Below are positions 1 to 8,442 of a stretch of 32,000 nt of DNA, one piece after another (the stretch's first letter is position 1; each line of letters opens with the position of its first letter). The stretch is from contig DATAJX010000002.1 in the NCBI GenBank assembly GCA_036261915.1, positions 22,997 to 54,996 of the forward strand. Reading direction: 5' to 3'. A model generated the notes under the pieces. It searched no databases, had not been told where the DNA came from, and worked only from the letters and a program-made list of their open reading frames with translations. Source of the DNA: Alphaproteobacteria bacterium (GTDB taxonomy: Bacteria; Pseudomonadota; Alphaproteobacteria; UBA2136; UBA6156). Made by a program: the position numbers and the translations under genes.

Positions 1-538
1 GCCCGGGCTCAATGCTGGTGGCGCGCACCGGGGTGCCGGCCAGATCGGCCTTCAGGTTTAAACTGAAGTGGTTCACAAACGCCTTGCTGGCGCCGTACAC
101 GTTGCCCTTGGGGTAGGGGTAGTTACCGGCAATGCTGCCGATGTTGATGATATGCCCGCGCCCGCGCTCCAGCATGCCCGGCAGCAACGCGTGGGTGATG
201 CTGAGCAGGCCCTTGATGTTGATATCCACCATCGCCTCCCAGTCTTCCCACTTTGCGCTCTGCGCGGCATCAAGCCCGTGGGCGCCCCCGGCGTTGTTCA
301 CCAGCACGTCGATGCGCTTCAGGTGGTCCGGCAGGTTCTTCAGCGCCGCCAGCGTGGCCTCGCGGTCGGCAATGTCAAAGTTCAGGGGGTAAAAGCCGTC
401 GCCGATGTCCTTGGTCAATGCCTCAAGCCGGTCGGCGCGGCGGCCGGTGCCGACCACCTGCCAGCCGTTTTCGGCAAACTTGCGGGCAGCGGCCTCGCCA
501 AAACCCGAGGTGGCCCCGGTGATGAGAATAACAGGCAT
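1..538 (-). CDS. Short-chain dehydrogenase/reductase (YdfG-like NADP-dependent SDR), C-terminus beyond the window edge
   Basis: The minus-strand frame is open from the ATG at 538 to the window edge, so it has no stop and is missing from the ORF track. Translation starts MPVILITGATSGFGEAAARKF (TGxxxGxG Rossmann motif). NNAG and YGASK (YxxxK) follow further on. AGGAGA RBS lies just upstream. Confidence 0.85.
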   Translation of the reverse strand, partial: MPVILITGATSGFGEAAARKFAENGWQVVGTGRRADRLEALTKDIGDGFYPLNFDIADREATLAALKNLPDHLKRIDVLVNNAGGAHGLDAAQSAKWEDWEAMVDINIKGLLSITHALLPGMLERGRGHIINIGSIAGNYPYPKGNVYGASKAFVNHFSLNLKADLAGTPVRATSIEPG

Positions 539-581
539 AACGGTTCTCCTTTTTATGGCCGCACCATACCCCAACCGGCAT

Positions 582-610
582 AAAAAAACCGCCCCCGAGG
601 GGGCGGTTTT
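582..610 (-). terminator. Intrinsic terminator downstream of tuf
   Basis: GC hairpin CCGCCCCC/GGGGGCGG (589-606). On the minus strand it is followed by a run of 7 T (complement of 582-588). It lies 15 nt after the tuf stop. Confidence 0.8.
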
Positions 611-624
611 AATTCAAGCACAAA

Positions 625-1800
625 CTACTTGATGATGCTCGACACAACGCCGGCGCCAACGGTGCGGCCGCCTTCGCGAACAGCGAAGCGTACACCTTGG
701 TCCATGGCGATCGGGGCGATCAGTTCAACTTCCATGGTGATGTTGTCACCAGGCATGACCATTTCAACACCATCGGGCAGCTTCAGGCTACCGGTGATGT
801 CGGTGGTGCGGAAGTAGAATTGGGGGCGGTAACCCGTAAAGAACGGGGTGTGACGGCCACCTTCTTCCTTGCTCAGCACGTACACTTCACCTTTAAAGTG
901 GGTGTGCGGGGTGATGCTGCCGGGCTTGGCCAGCACTTGGCCGCGCTCGACGTCTTCGCGCTTGGTACCACGCAGCAGAAGGCCCACGTTGTCGCCGGCC
1001 TGACCTTGGTCAAGCAGCTTGCGGAACATTTCCACGCCGGTGCAGGCGGTCTTTTGGGTGGGGCGGATGCCGACGATCTCGACTTCTTCACCCACCTTGA
1101 TGATACCGCGTTCGACGCGGCCGGTAACCACGGTACCGCGGCCGGTGATGCTGAACACGTCTTCAACGGGCATCAGGAACGGCTTGTCCAGTTCGCGGGT
1201 CGGCTCGGGGATGAAGCTGTCCACGGCGTCCATCAGCTTTTGGATGGATTGCTTGCCGAGTTCGCTGTCTTCGCCTTCGAGGGCCTTGAGGGCCGAACCG
1301 TAAATGATCGGGGTGGTGTCGCCGGGGAAGTTGTACTTGCTCAGCAGGTCGCGGATTTCCGCTTCCACCAGTTCAAGCAGGTCCTTGTCGGCGATGTCGC
1401 ACTTGTTCATGTAAACAACAATGGCGGGCACGCCCACTTGGCGGGCCAGCAGAATGTGTTCACGGGTTTGCGGCATCGGGCCGTCGGTGGCGGCAACCAC
1501 GAGGATCGCGCCGTCCATCTGGGCAGCACCGGTGATCATGTTCTTTACGTAGTCCGCGTGACCCGGGCAATCTACGTGAGCGTAGTGGCGGCCGGCGGTT
1601 TCGTATTCGACGTGGGCGGTGTTGATGGTAATACCACGGGCCTTTTCTTCGGGGGCGCTGTCGATCTGGTCGTAGGCCTTGAAGTTTTTGCTGAAGTATT
1701 TGGTGATAGCCGCAGTCAGAGTGGTCTTACCGTGGTCAACGTGACCGATGGTACCAATATTGACGTGAGGTTTATCGCGTTGGAAAGTCTCTTTAGCCAT
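625..1800 (-). CDS. tuf: Elongation factor Tu
   Basis: 391-aa [35 protein letters not shown]...DCPGHADY...NKCD: G1-G4 GTPase motifs and full-length EF-Tu architecture. Confidence 0.99.
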   Translation of the reverse strand: MAKETFQRDKPHVNIGTIGHVDHGKTTLTAAITKYFSKNFKAYDQIDSAPEEKARGITINTAHVEYETAGRHYAHVDCPGHADYVKNMITGAAQMDGAILVVAATDGPMPQTREHILLARQVGVPAIVVYMNKCDIADKDLLELVEAEIRDLLSKYNFPGDTTPIIYGSALKALEGEDSELGKQSIQKLMDAVDSFIPEPTRELDKPFLMPVEDVFSITGRGTVVTGRVERGIIKVGEEVEIVGIRPTQKTACTGVEMFRKLLDQGQAGDNVGLLLRGTKREDVERGQVLAKPGSITPHTHFKGEVYVLSKEEGGRHTPFFTGYRPQFYFRTTDITGSLKLPDGVEMVMPGDNITMEVELIAPIAMDQGVRFAVREGGRTVGAGVVSSIIK

Positions 1801-1944
1801 TGCGTTATGCCTTTACTTGTTATGGGTTTATACATGGTGCCACGCATGTTAATCCTGTCGCGACGGCGGCGGGGTTTTGCCCATTTTTTGTCGCGGTGTC
1901 AAGGGGCTGGCAGGCCCGGGGCGTTTTATTGTAAGGTGCGCGCC

Positions 1945-2793
1945 ATGAGCATCGTTCCCACCCTTATCTCCGCCTACAAAAAACACGGCTTCGATATCGC
2001 CGCCGGCCTGCAACCCAAACGCTGCGGAGGTTCCGAAGAAGCCCAGTTCACCTGGCTTACCCGCAAGGGCCAAAGCGTCACCAACGGTTTGGGCATTTCC
2101 ATGCTCGAGGTGTTCGTGCTCGAAAGCCTGCTGGGCATCATCAAACCCAAAAGCATCTTCATCATCGGCAACAGCTTCGGCTGGAGCACGCTGGCGCTGG
2201 CCCTCATGGCCCCCAAGGCCCGCGTGGTGGCCATCGATAGCGGCCTCGACCACCAGACCGAACAGGGCATCAAGCTCACACAGGATATCGCCAAATCGCT
2301 CAAGCTGAACGTGCGCGTGGTCAAGGCCACCAGCCCGCAAAACGTGCCTGCGGTGGTCAAAAAACATTTGGGCGGCAAGGTCGATTTCGCCTTCATCGAC
2401 GGCCTGCACACCAACGCGCAGATCGTGCTCGACGCCAAGGCCCTCAAGCCGTTCCTGGCAAAAAACGCCAGCGTGCTTTTCCACGATGTGCGCGAGTTCG
2501 GGCTCGAACCCGGCCTGGCCGACATCGAAAAAATGCTGGGTAAAAAGGCCCATGTGCTCGAAGCCACCACCAGCGGCATGGCGCTGCTGCCGCTGGCCCC
2601 GCACCGCGAACTGAGCGCCGCGCTGGCCGCCTATACCCCGGCCGAGACCGCCACTAACGTGGTCAAGCGCAAGGCCGCGTGGGATAAACAGATGCGCCGC
2701 ACCCGCCTGCCGCGTACGCTGTGGCGCAGCCTGTGCAAGCGGCTGGGCCTGCCGCTGCCTGCCAAGCCCAACTTCCACGGCGCAAAGCTTTAA
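1945..2793 (+). CDS. Class I SAM-dependent methyltransferase (Methyltransf_24/O-MTase-like), basic C-terminal tail
   Basis: In-frame ATG at 1945 inside the artefactually long ORF 697..2793. Contains IFIIGNSFGWSTLALA (motif I-like) and DFAFIDGLHTNAQIVLD...VLFHD, typical of this MTase fold. Start choice is uncertain. Confidence 0.6.
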   Translation: MSIVPTLISAYKKHGFDIAAGLQPKRCGGSEEAQFTWLTRKGQSVTNGLGISMLEVFVLESLLGIIKPKSIFIIGNSFGWSTLALALMAPKARVVAIDSGLDHQTEQGIKLTQDIAKSLKLNVRVVKATSPQNVPAVVKKHLGGKVDFAFIDGLHTNAQIVLDAKALKPFLAKNASVLFHDVREFGLEPGLADIEKMLGKKAHVLEATTSGMALLPLAPHRELSAALAAYTPAETATNVVKRKAAWDKQMRRTRLPRTLWRSLCKRLGLPLPAKPNFHGAKL

Positions 2794-2846
2794 ATAGCTT
2801 TTTAACGCCGCCGCGTTTTAAAATACCTATATATAAGGGGAACACC

Positions 2847-3686
2847 ATGGACTTCATCACCCTCAAAGGGGCCAAAGTGCCGGTGCTGGGCCTGGGCACG
2901 TGGCAGGCCGACGGCGGCGAATGCTACCGCGCGGTGCTGCAGGGCCTGGCCCTCGGCTACCGCCATATCGATACCGCGCAGATCTACGGCAACGAAGCTG
3001 AAGTGGGCGAGGGGATAAAAGACAGTGGCGTGAAGCGCGCCGACATCTGGCTCACCACCAAGGTCTGGACCGACTCGTTCACGAAGGACCTGCTGGCCCC
3101 CAGTGTCGAAAAAAGCCTGCAAAAGCTGGGCACCGACCATGTGGACCTGCTGCTGCTGCACTGGCCGCAACCGGCGGTGCCGCTGGAAGAGAGCATACAG
3201 GCCCTGCTGGCGGTGCAACAGGCGGGCAAGGCCAAACACATCGGGGTGTCCAACTTCAACACCGCCCAAATGGAACAGGCGCAAAAGCTGGCGGGCGGCA
3301 AGCTCATCACCAACCAGGTCGAGTACCACCCGTTTTTAAACCAGAACAAGGTGCTGGCCGCGGCGCACGAGCAGGGCATGTTCGTTACCGCCTATAGCCC
3401 GCTGGCGCGGGGACTGGTGGTCGAAAACGCGGTCATCCACAAAATTGCCGCCGAGCGCGAAAAGACTCCGGCCCAGATCACCCTGCGCTGGGCCATTCAG
3501 TCGGGGGGCCAGCAGGGCGTGGTGGCCATCCCCAAAACGGTCACGCCCGAGCGGCTGGCCGAAAACCTCGATATCTTCAGCTTCAAGCTGTCCGACACCG
3601 AGATGGCCGACATCAACCTGCTGCGCGGCAACAAGCGGCTGGTGCTGCCCCGGCTGGAACACTGGGACAGCATCCTCGAGGCCTAA
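2847..3686 (+). CDS. Aldo/keto reductase (2,5-diketo-D-gluconate reductase-like)
   Basis: ATG at 2847 is preceded by AAGGGGA. Sequence reads MDFITLKGAKVPVLGLGTW...YRHIDTAQIYGNE...LLLLHWP...IGVSNF...IPKT, covering the AKR catalytic and cofactor motifs. Confidence 0.9.
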   Translation: MDFITLKGAKVPVLGLGTWQADGGECYRAVLQGLALGYRHIDTAQIYGNEAEVGEGIKDSGVKRADIWLTTKVWTDSFTKDLLAPSVEKSLQKLGTDHVDLLLLHWPQPAVPLEESIQALLAVQQAGKAKHIGVSNFNTAQMEQAQKLAGGKLITNQVEYHPFLNQNKVLAAAHEQGMFVTAYSPLARGLVVENAVIHKIAAEREKTPAQITLRWAIQSGGQQGVVAIPKTVTPERLAENLDIFSFKLSDTEMADINLLRGNKRLVLPRLEHWDSILEA

Positions 3687-3697
3687 GCCAACAAAAA

Positions 3698-3719
3698 AGC
3701 CCGGCATCACTGCCGGGCT
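3698..3719. terminator. Bidirectional hairpin terminator between the AKR gene and the convergent 97-aa ORF
   Basis: AGCCCGGCA-TCAC-TGCCGGGCT. The A-run before it gives a T-run on the minus strand. The + strand T-tract is weak. Confidence 0.6.
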
Positions 3720-3762
3720 TCACTTGGCCTAGTTATTGCCAAGATTTATAATGGATGAGATA

Positions 3763-4056
3763 TCAGGCTGCAGGTGGATCACAGCAATACTGATCGGCCA
3801 CCGGAAGCCCGTTGGCATCAAAATGCCATTGGGTGGGCGTCGCCTCGGCAGGAATATCCGACGTTTTGCGTGCGGAAATTGTCATGGTACGAGACGATTT
3901 ATCATGGGTTTCGTGCAGCATTTCACCTGGTTGAAGAGGGAAATGAGCATGGTTCATCCGAACGCCGAAGCGTTTTTCGAGGCCATGCTTGGCCAGTACA
4001 GCGTGAACTTCGGCTAACGCGCTGAGGTCTTGGGTGGTCAAGCCTTGAGGTATCAT
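3763..4056 (-). CDS. Hypothetical 97-aa protein (RFGVRMNHAHF motif, C-terminal QYCCDPPAA)
   Basis: ORF with GGAGAA RBS 9 nt upstream. Co-oriented with, and 79 nt downstream of, the kinase-like gene. Base composition is intermediate. No function recognised. Confidence 0.55.
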   Translation of the reverse strand: MIPQGLTTQDLSALAEVHAVLAKHGLEKRFGVRMNHAHFPLQPGEMLHETHDKSSRTMTISARKTSDIPAEATPTQWHFDANGLPVADQYCCDPPAA

Positions 4057-4135
4057 TTTTCAATGTTCTCCAGATGTTTCTTACCGCAAAAGCACGATAA
4101 GTTAGTCGCCAGCCTAGTTTTGTATACTATTATTG

Positions 4136-5020
4136 TCAATGCTCTCGCAAAGCATTAAGCGCCCCCCAAAAATCTTCAAGAGATTGGAATCTCTCACTAG
4201 GATTCTTGCTCAGACCCATTTCAATTAGCCTTGTAAGGGCATTTGAAGAGGTCTTTGTATGGTTGCGCCGATAGCCTGCGATTGCTTCAAGTTTGGTATT
4301 TCGAGGTTCCTCATTGCCATGAATACCGTAATTCATGGGTACCACTCCATTACAGAGAGTGAAGAAAACAGCAGCCAGAGAGTAAATTTCGGCTGTCACT
4401 TTATATTCTGCCTCATCCCTATCAATAAGCTGTGCGGCAACTTCGGGGGCCGTATAATGAGTCAGGCCCCCGCGGTAGGTCCCCGCAATGATGCTTGGAG
4501 CTAGGCCCCAGTCGATAAGTTTGCATGAATTTTCAAAACCCAGAAAGTGCGTGGGCTGTAAATCCCCATGTAAAATACCGAGTTGGTGGGCAGGCATAAG
4601 TGACTGGGCCATTTGCATAAAAATTTTTGAGAATTCATAAGCTTGGAAATGCTTTTGTTCTCTTAGATTTTTACCCAAATCCGTTGCCGAAGGTCCGTCT
4701 ATCCAATTTAATAATGACCAATCTATACCCTGTGTAGTTCCAAACTCCACCAATAATCCCTGACAAATATTGGGATTATCATTTAATAGTTTAGCTTCAG
4801 CCAGGATCTGAAGCGTGGCATCATTTTCTAGTGAAGCTTGGTGGGCAATTTTTAGTGCGAAGGTTTTTGTGCCATTTGAAACCTTGTAAAGAGTTGTTCC
4901 CCGGCGCTCAATAATTTTATCTTTTATTTTCAGTTTTTTAAGTGATTTTTCACTTTCTAGAAAAGGGGGGAGCATCATCTTGTTCCCACCAGCCTTTTGT
5001 TTGCGTTCTGTGGGCGACAT
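4136..5020 (-). CDS. Stand-alone eukaryotic-like (Hanks-type) protein kinase-fold protein, atypical catalytic loop
   Basis: 294 aa. Landmarks are FALKI (beta3 Lys), LAEAKLL (alphaC Glu), HGDLQPTHF (catalytic loop), IDWGLA (DFG equivalent), HYTAPE (APE) and NPSERF (subdomain XI). GGAGA RBS. The gene is markedly AT-rich compared with its neighbours. Confidence 0.8.
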   Translation of the reverse strand: MSPTERKQKAGGNKMMLPPFLESEKSLKKLKIKDKIIERRGTTLYKVSNGTKTFALKIAHQASLENDATLQILAEAKLLNDNPNICQGLLVEFGTTQGIDWSLLNWIDGPSATDLGKNLREQKHFQAYEFSKIFMQMAQSLMPAHQLGILHGDLQPTHFLGFENSCKLIDWGLAPSIIAGTYRGGLTHYTAPEVAAQLIDRDEAEYKVTAEIYSLAAVFFTLCNGVVPMNYGIHGNEEPRNTKLEAIAGYRRNHTKTSSNALTRLIEMGLSKNPSERFQSLEDFWGALNALREH

Positions 5021-5071
5021 GATTTTTCTCCGATAAATCTTCAGTTGTTAATTGCATACAATATTTAGCTT

Positions 5072-5101
5072 TTGTTCACAATAGTTTATGTAAAGTATAA
5101 T
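5072..5101 (+). promoter_or_regulatory. Candidate sigma70 promoter for uvrC
   Basis: TTGTTC (5072-5077), 18-nt spacer, TATAAT (5096-5101), about 60 nt upstream of the uvrC ATG. Located in the AT-rich intergenic DNA. Confidence 0.5.
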
Positions 5102-5163
5102 ACATAAATTTATCATCCAAAGCTACATTGCCGGGATATCATATTGCATTTATAAACCCTTTA

Positions 5164-7041
5164 ATGGACGGCATCGCCCTCATCAAAAGCAAGATCAGCC
5201 ACCTGCCCGGCGGGCCGGGGGTGTACCGTATGCTTAACCAAAAAGGCGATGTTTTATATGTAGGTAAGGCCAAAAACTTAAAGAACCGCGTTAACCAGTA
5301 CACCCAGCCGGAACGCATGGGCGGGCGCATCCGCAAAATGGTGTTCGAAACCCGCGAACTGGTGGTGGTATCCACTGCCACCGAGGCCGAGGCCCTGCTG
5401 CTCGAAGCCAACCTCATCAAAAGCCTGCGCCCGCGCTACAACATCCTGTTCCGCGACGACAGCAGCTACGTCAGCGTGCTCATCACCGACGAAGAAACCC
5501 CGATGATCCGCAGTTTCCGCGGCGCCCGCAAGATCAAGGGCGATTACTTCGGCCCTTACCCCAGCGCCATGGCGGTGTACCAAACGCTCGACCTCATGGA
5601 GCGCGCCTTCCGCCTGCGCACCTGCGCGCCCGGCTTTTTCCGCTACCGCACGAGGCCCTGCCTCAAGTACGACATCAAGCGCTGCAGCGCCCCCTGCGTG
5701 GGTAAAATAGCCCCCGATAAATACCGGCAAGTGGTGGCCAGCGCCAAAAAGTTCCTGCGCGGCGATACCCAAATCGTGCTGGCCGACCTGCAAACCCAAA
5801 TGGCCGAGGCCAGCCGGGTGCAGGATTACGAACTGGCGGGCCAGCTGCGCGACAGTATCAAAGCCATCAGCAGCGTCAGCGGTGCCGACCGGCCCATGAG
5901 CCACGGCCTGCCCGAGGCCGATGTGTTCGCGCTGGTGGCCAACGGCGGCAAGTCGATGATCCAGGTGTTCTACTACCGCCACGGCCAGCACGTGGGCAAC
6001 CACGCGGTGATGCTGAACAACGAAGACGAGCAGGTCGACGATGCCGAAACCTTAAGGCAGTTCCTGGCCCAGCATTACGCCAGCCGCATCCCGCCCGCGC
6101 AGATCCTCTGCAACCTGCTGCCGAACGACTGCGACGCGCTGGCCGAAGCCCTCAGCATCAGCGCCGCCCGCAAGGTGTCCATCGCCATGCCCAGCCGGGG
6201 CGATAAATCGGCCATCATGCAGCAGGTGGTCAAAAACGCGCGCGACGCGCTGGCCCGCAAGCTGGCCGACGGCGACGACTGGCGCAACCAGCTGATGGCG
6301 CTGGGCAAGCTGCTCAACCTGCAAAAGCCCATCGAATGCCTCGAGTGCTACGATATTTCCAATATTTCCGGCAAAATGCCGGTGGCCAGCCTGGTGGTGG
6401 CGGGGCAAACCGGCATGCTGCGCAACCGCTACCGCCGCTACAACATCAAGCGGCAGGATACCCCCGACGACTACGCCATGATGGCCGAAGTGCTCGAACG
6501 CCGGCTGGCCCGAGGTATGAAAGAACAGGCCGAAGCCCTCGCATCGGGCGAAAAATGCGCAGGCTTGCCTGATGTGATCATGGTCGACGGCGGCAAAGGC
6601 CAGCTGGGCGTGCTGGTCAAAGTGGCCCAGCAACTGGGGCTGTTCGGCACGCCCGATTGCCCCACCCTGTGCGCCATCGCCAAGGGCGAAGAGCGCGACA
6701 AGGGGCTCGAAACCATCTTCATCGCCTGCGAAAAGGAAGGGAAGGTCGATATCCGCGACCTGCCCATTTACCCCGGCACGCCGCTCATCTTCGTGCTGCA
6801 ACGTATCCGCGACGAAGCCCACCGCTTCGCCATCACTTTCCACCGTAAAAAGCGCGAAACCGCCATTTCCCACAGTCGTCTCGACGACATTCCCGGCATC
6901 GGCCCGCGCAAAAAAAAGGAACTGCTGCTCCACTTCGGCTCGTTAAAAGAGATCGAGGGCGCCGACATCCACCAACTGATGAAGGTCCCCGGACTTTCCA
7001 AAAAACTGGCCCAGCAGATCTACGATTTTTTTCATTTATAA
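5164..7041 (+). CDS. uvrC: Excinuclease ABC subunit C
   Basis: GIY-YIG N-terminus (PGGPGVYRMLNQKGDVLYVGKAKNLKNRVNQY), UVR domain, endonuclease domain and C-terminal (HhH)2 (IPGIGPRKKKELLLHFGSLKEI). ATG at 5164 preferred over the TTG at 5128. Confidence 0.97.
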   Translation: MDGIALIKSKISHLPGGPGVYRMLNQKGDVLYVGKAKNLKNRVNQYTQPERMGGRIRKMVFETRELVVVSTATEAEALLLEANLIKSLRPRYNILFRDDSSYVSVLITDEETPMIRSFRGARKIKGDYFGPYPSAMAVYQTLDLMERAFRLRTCAPGFFRYRTRPCLKYDIKRCSAPCVGKIAPDKYRQVVASAKKFLRGDTQIVLADLQTQMAEASRVQDYELAGQLRDSIKAISSVSGADRPMSHGLPEADVFALVANGGKSMIQVFYYRHGQHVGNHAVMLNNEDEQVDDAETLRQFLAQHYASRIPPAQILCNLLPNDCDALAEALSISAARKVSIAMPSRGDKSAIMQQVVKNARDALARKLADGDDWRNQLMALGKLLNLQKPIECLECYDISNISGKMPVASLVVAGQTGMLRNRYRRYNIKRQDTPDDYAMMAEVLERRLARGMKEQAEALASGEKCAGLPDVIMVDGGKGQLGVLVKVAQQLGLFGTPDCPTLCAIAKGEERDKGLETIFIACEKEGKVDIRDLPIYPGTPLIFVLQRIRDEAHRFAITFHRKKRETAISHSRLDDIPGIGPRKKKELLLHFGSLKEIEGADIHQLMKVPGLSKKLAQQIYDFFHL

Positions 7042-7051
7042 AAGCAAAAAT

Positions 7052-7075
7052 GCCCCGGTTTTCCGGGGCTTTTTT
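7052..7075. terminator. Bidirectional intrinsic terminator (uvrC / convergent small ORF)
   Basis: GCCCCGG-TTTT-CCGGGGC followed by TTTTTT on the + strand and by ATTTTTGCTTTT on the - strand. Confidence 0.85.
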
Positions 7076-7076
7076 C

Positions 7077-7298
7077 TTATTTGGTAAGGGCTGGTTCAAT
7101 AGCCTTGTCTTTTGTTTGAGGGTTGTATCCCCACACTTTGCCGGCGCAGTAGTTCATCATGCAACTGCCCTGTTCCGCTTTGGGTTTCGGCGCAGGCGCA
7201 GGTATGGCCGTGCGGCCAAGGCTCGAGGGCAGGATGGTTCCAGCGTGGACCGGAACCGCTAGAATTAACAATGGTATTGCCAGGTAAACGGCGCGCAT
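7077..7298 (-). CDS. Small secreted protein (73 aa, signal peptide, two Cys)
   Basis: Internal ATG at 7298 preceded by AGGAAACA. MRAVYLAIPLLILAVPVHAG looks like a Sec signal peptide. The mature part is Pro/Lys-rich and contains CMMNYC. Confidence 0.5.
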   Translation of the reverse strand: MRAVYLAIPLLILAVPVHAGTILPSSLGRTAIPAPAPKPKAEQGSCMMNYCAGKVWGYNPQTKDKAIEPALTK

Positions 7299-7385
7299 AG
7301 GTGTTTCCTTTAATAAAGTAACTAAGATTTCCTTCATATGGGGTACAAAACCTGCCCTAGCAACTGGGTAATGCATAATAAAAAA

Positions 7386-7405
7386 GGCCCCGTTTTTCCG
7401 GGGCC
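7386..7405 (-). terminator. Intrinsic terminator of the 137-aa ORF
   Basis: GGCCCCG-TTTTT-CCGGGGCC. On the minus strand it is followed by TTTTTT (complement of 7380-7385). Confidence 0.75.
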
Positions 7406-7414
7406 TTCCGCTCT

Positions 7415-7828
7415 TCAGTCTTCGCCAGGTATGCCGAACATCTTCAGCGTCAGGCGGCGTACGTCGGGGTATTTATCGGCGGGCCAGCTTTGCCTCAGTC
7501 GGCCGAAGGTTGAATGGCCGAGGGGGCCGTTACCGTTCACCCGCACGGCCACGCGGCCGGGCTCGAAAATATCGAATTTCGCTTCCCAGCCCGGCCCGAT
7601 GGCCGTGAACAGCAAGTGGAAGTTCTCGATCGGCACAGGTGGAAACTCAAGGCGTATGCCGTCTTTCAGCTGCCACACACGCTTTGTGGTCGAAAGCAGG
7701 ATGCCCTGCAGATTGTGCTGCAGGGCTTTTTGCAGGGCCTGCAGGAAAAAGTCGCGGTCGATGGCAATGGCCGTCTGGCCAACAACATGCAGGGCAGGGG
7801 TGGCCTTGGGGGCAGATGAACGTGACAT
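7415..7828 (-). CDS. Hypothetical protein (137 aa from ATG 7828; the ORF could extend to 7894)
   Basis: ORF-track frame 7415..7894. The ATG at 7828 has GGGAG about 10 nt upstream. No recognisable motif. Confidence 0.5.
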   Translation of the reverse strand: MSRSSAPKATPALHVVGQTAIAIDRDFFLQALQKALQHNLQGILLSTTKRVWQLKDGIRLEFPPVPIENFHLLFTAIGPGWEAKFDIFEPGRVAVRVNGNGPLGHSTFGRLRQSWPADKYPDVRRLTLKMFGIPGED

Positions 7829-7903
7829 GGGGGCAAACTCCCGGGTGAGGCGTTTCAGATAAGGCTGATTAAAGCTAACCCCCATATTTTGCAAGGAATA
7901 TGC

Positions 7904-7932
7904 TTGACACCCCCCGCCAAAGCCCCTATACG
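7904..7932 (+). promoter_or_regulatory. S10-operon promoter candidate
   Basis: TTGACA (7904-7909), 17-nt spacer, TATACG (7927-7932), about 185 nt upstream of rpsJ. Confidence 0.6.
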
Positions 7933-8115
7933 CCCCCCATCAGCCGCCCCCAAAACCATACGGGGAACGGCAGAAAACAGATTCGGTCCGGACAATTTTC
8001 CCCCTATCGGACCATCGCCACCCCACAGGGAATTCCGGGGTGGCGTTAACTATGAACAAAGGGGCCTCTGGCATCCACGAGGGGTGGATGGCCAAGCCAC
8101 GAAAGGTAAAAAGTT
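7933..8115 (+). promoter_or_regulatory. Structured 5' leader of the S10 operon
   Basis: Three hairpins: GGTCCG/CGGACC (7985-8013), CCACCCC/GGGGTGG (8018-8043) and CATCCAC/GTGGATG (8072-8090). The last lies just before the rpsJ RBS. Confidence 0.35.
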
Positions 8116-8427
8116 ATGGATACTGCGCAGAACATCCGCATCCGGCTGAAGAGCTACGACCACCGCGTGCTCGACAAATCCACGCTCGAGATCGTCGAAA
8201 CCGCCAAGCGCACCGGCGCCAAGGTTCAAGGTCCCATTCCGCTGCCCACCAAAATCGAGCGTTTCTGCGTGCTGCGCAGCCCGCACATCGACAAAAAGAG
8301 CCGCGAGCACTTCGAAATGCGCACCCACAAGCGCGTCCTCGAGATCCTCGAGCCCACCCCCCAAACCATTGACGCCCTGATGAAGCTCGACCTGGCTTCG
8401 GGTGTCGACGTGCAGATCAAGCTGTAA
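8116..8427 (+). CDS. rpsJ: 30S ribosomal protein S10
   Basis: [20 protein letters not shown]...[32 protein letters not shown]. First gene of the canonical order. Confidence 0.98.
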   Translation: MDTAQNIRIRLKSYDHRVLDKSTLEIVETAKRTGAKVQGPIPLPTKIERFCVLRSPHIDKKSREHFEMRTHKRVLEILEPTPQTIDALMKLDLASGVDVQIKL

Positions 8428-8442
8428 GGAGGGAGACGTATC

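Noticed and set aside
697-1944. N-terminal 416 codons of ORF 697..2793
   Set aside because: This part runs antisense through tuf. Only the portion from the ATG at 1945 looks like a real methyltransferase.
1945-2793. Idea that the methyltransferase divergent from tuf is an EftM-like EF-Tu lysine methyltransferase
   Set aside because: The only support is adjacency. This EF-Tu has Thr, not Lys, at position 5 (MAKETF), and the MTase motifs are generic class I.
5074-5090. LexA-box-like GTTC-N6-GTTT near the uvrC promoter, and GTTAC...GTTT near the S24 promoter
   Set aside because: Neither matches the alphaproteobacterial GTTC-N7-GTTC or the CTGT-N8-ACAG consensus in spacing and sequence.
3735-5168. 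Possible att-like direct repeats at the island borders (ATTGCC, ATTTATAA, ATGGA, GATATCA words at 3735-3765 and 5127-5168)
   Set aside because: The shared words occur in a different order and spacing at the two ends. This is likely a chance similarity of AT-rich sequence, not a clean target-site duplication.
1849-6933. Minus ORFs 1849..2778, 2802..3329, 5278..6003 and 6052..6933
   Set aside because: They are antisense to the methyltransferase, AKR and uvrC genes, with high-GC artefact composition.
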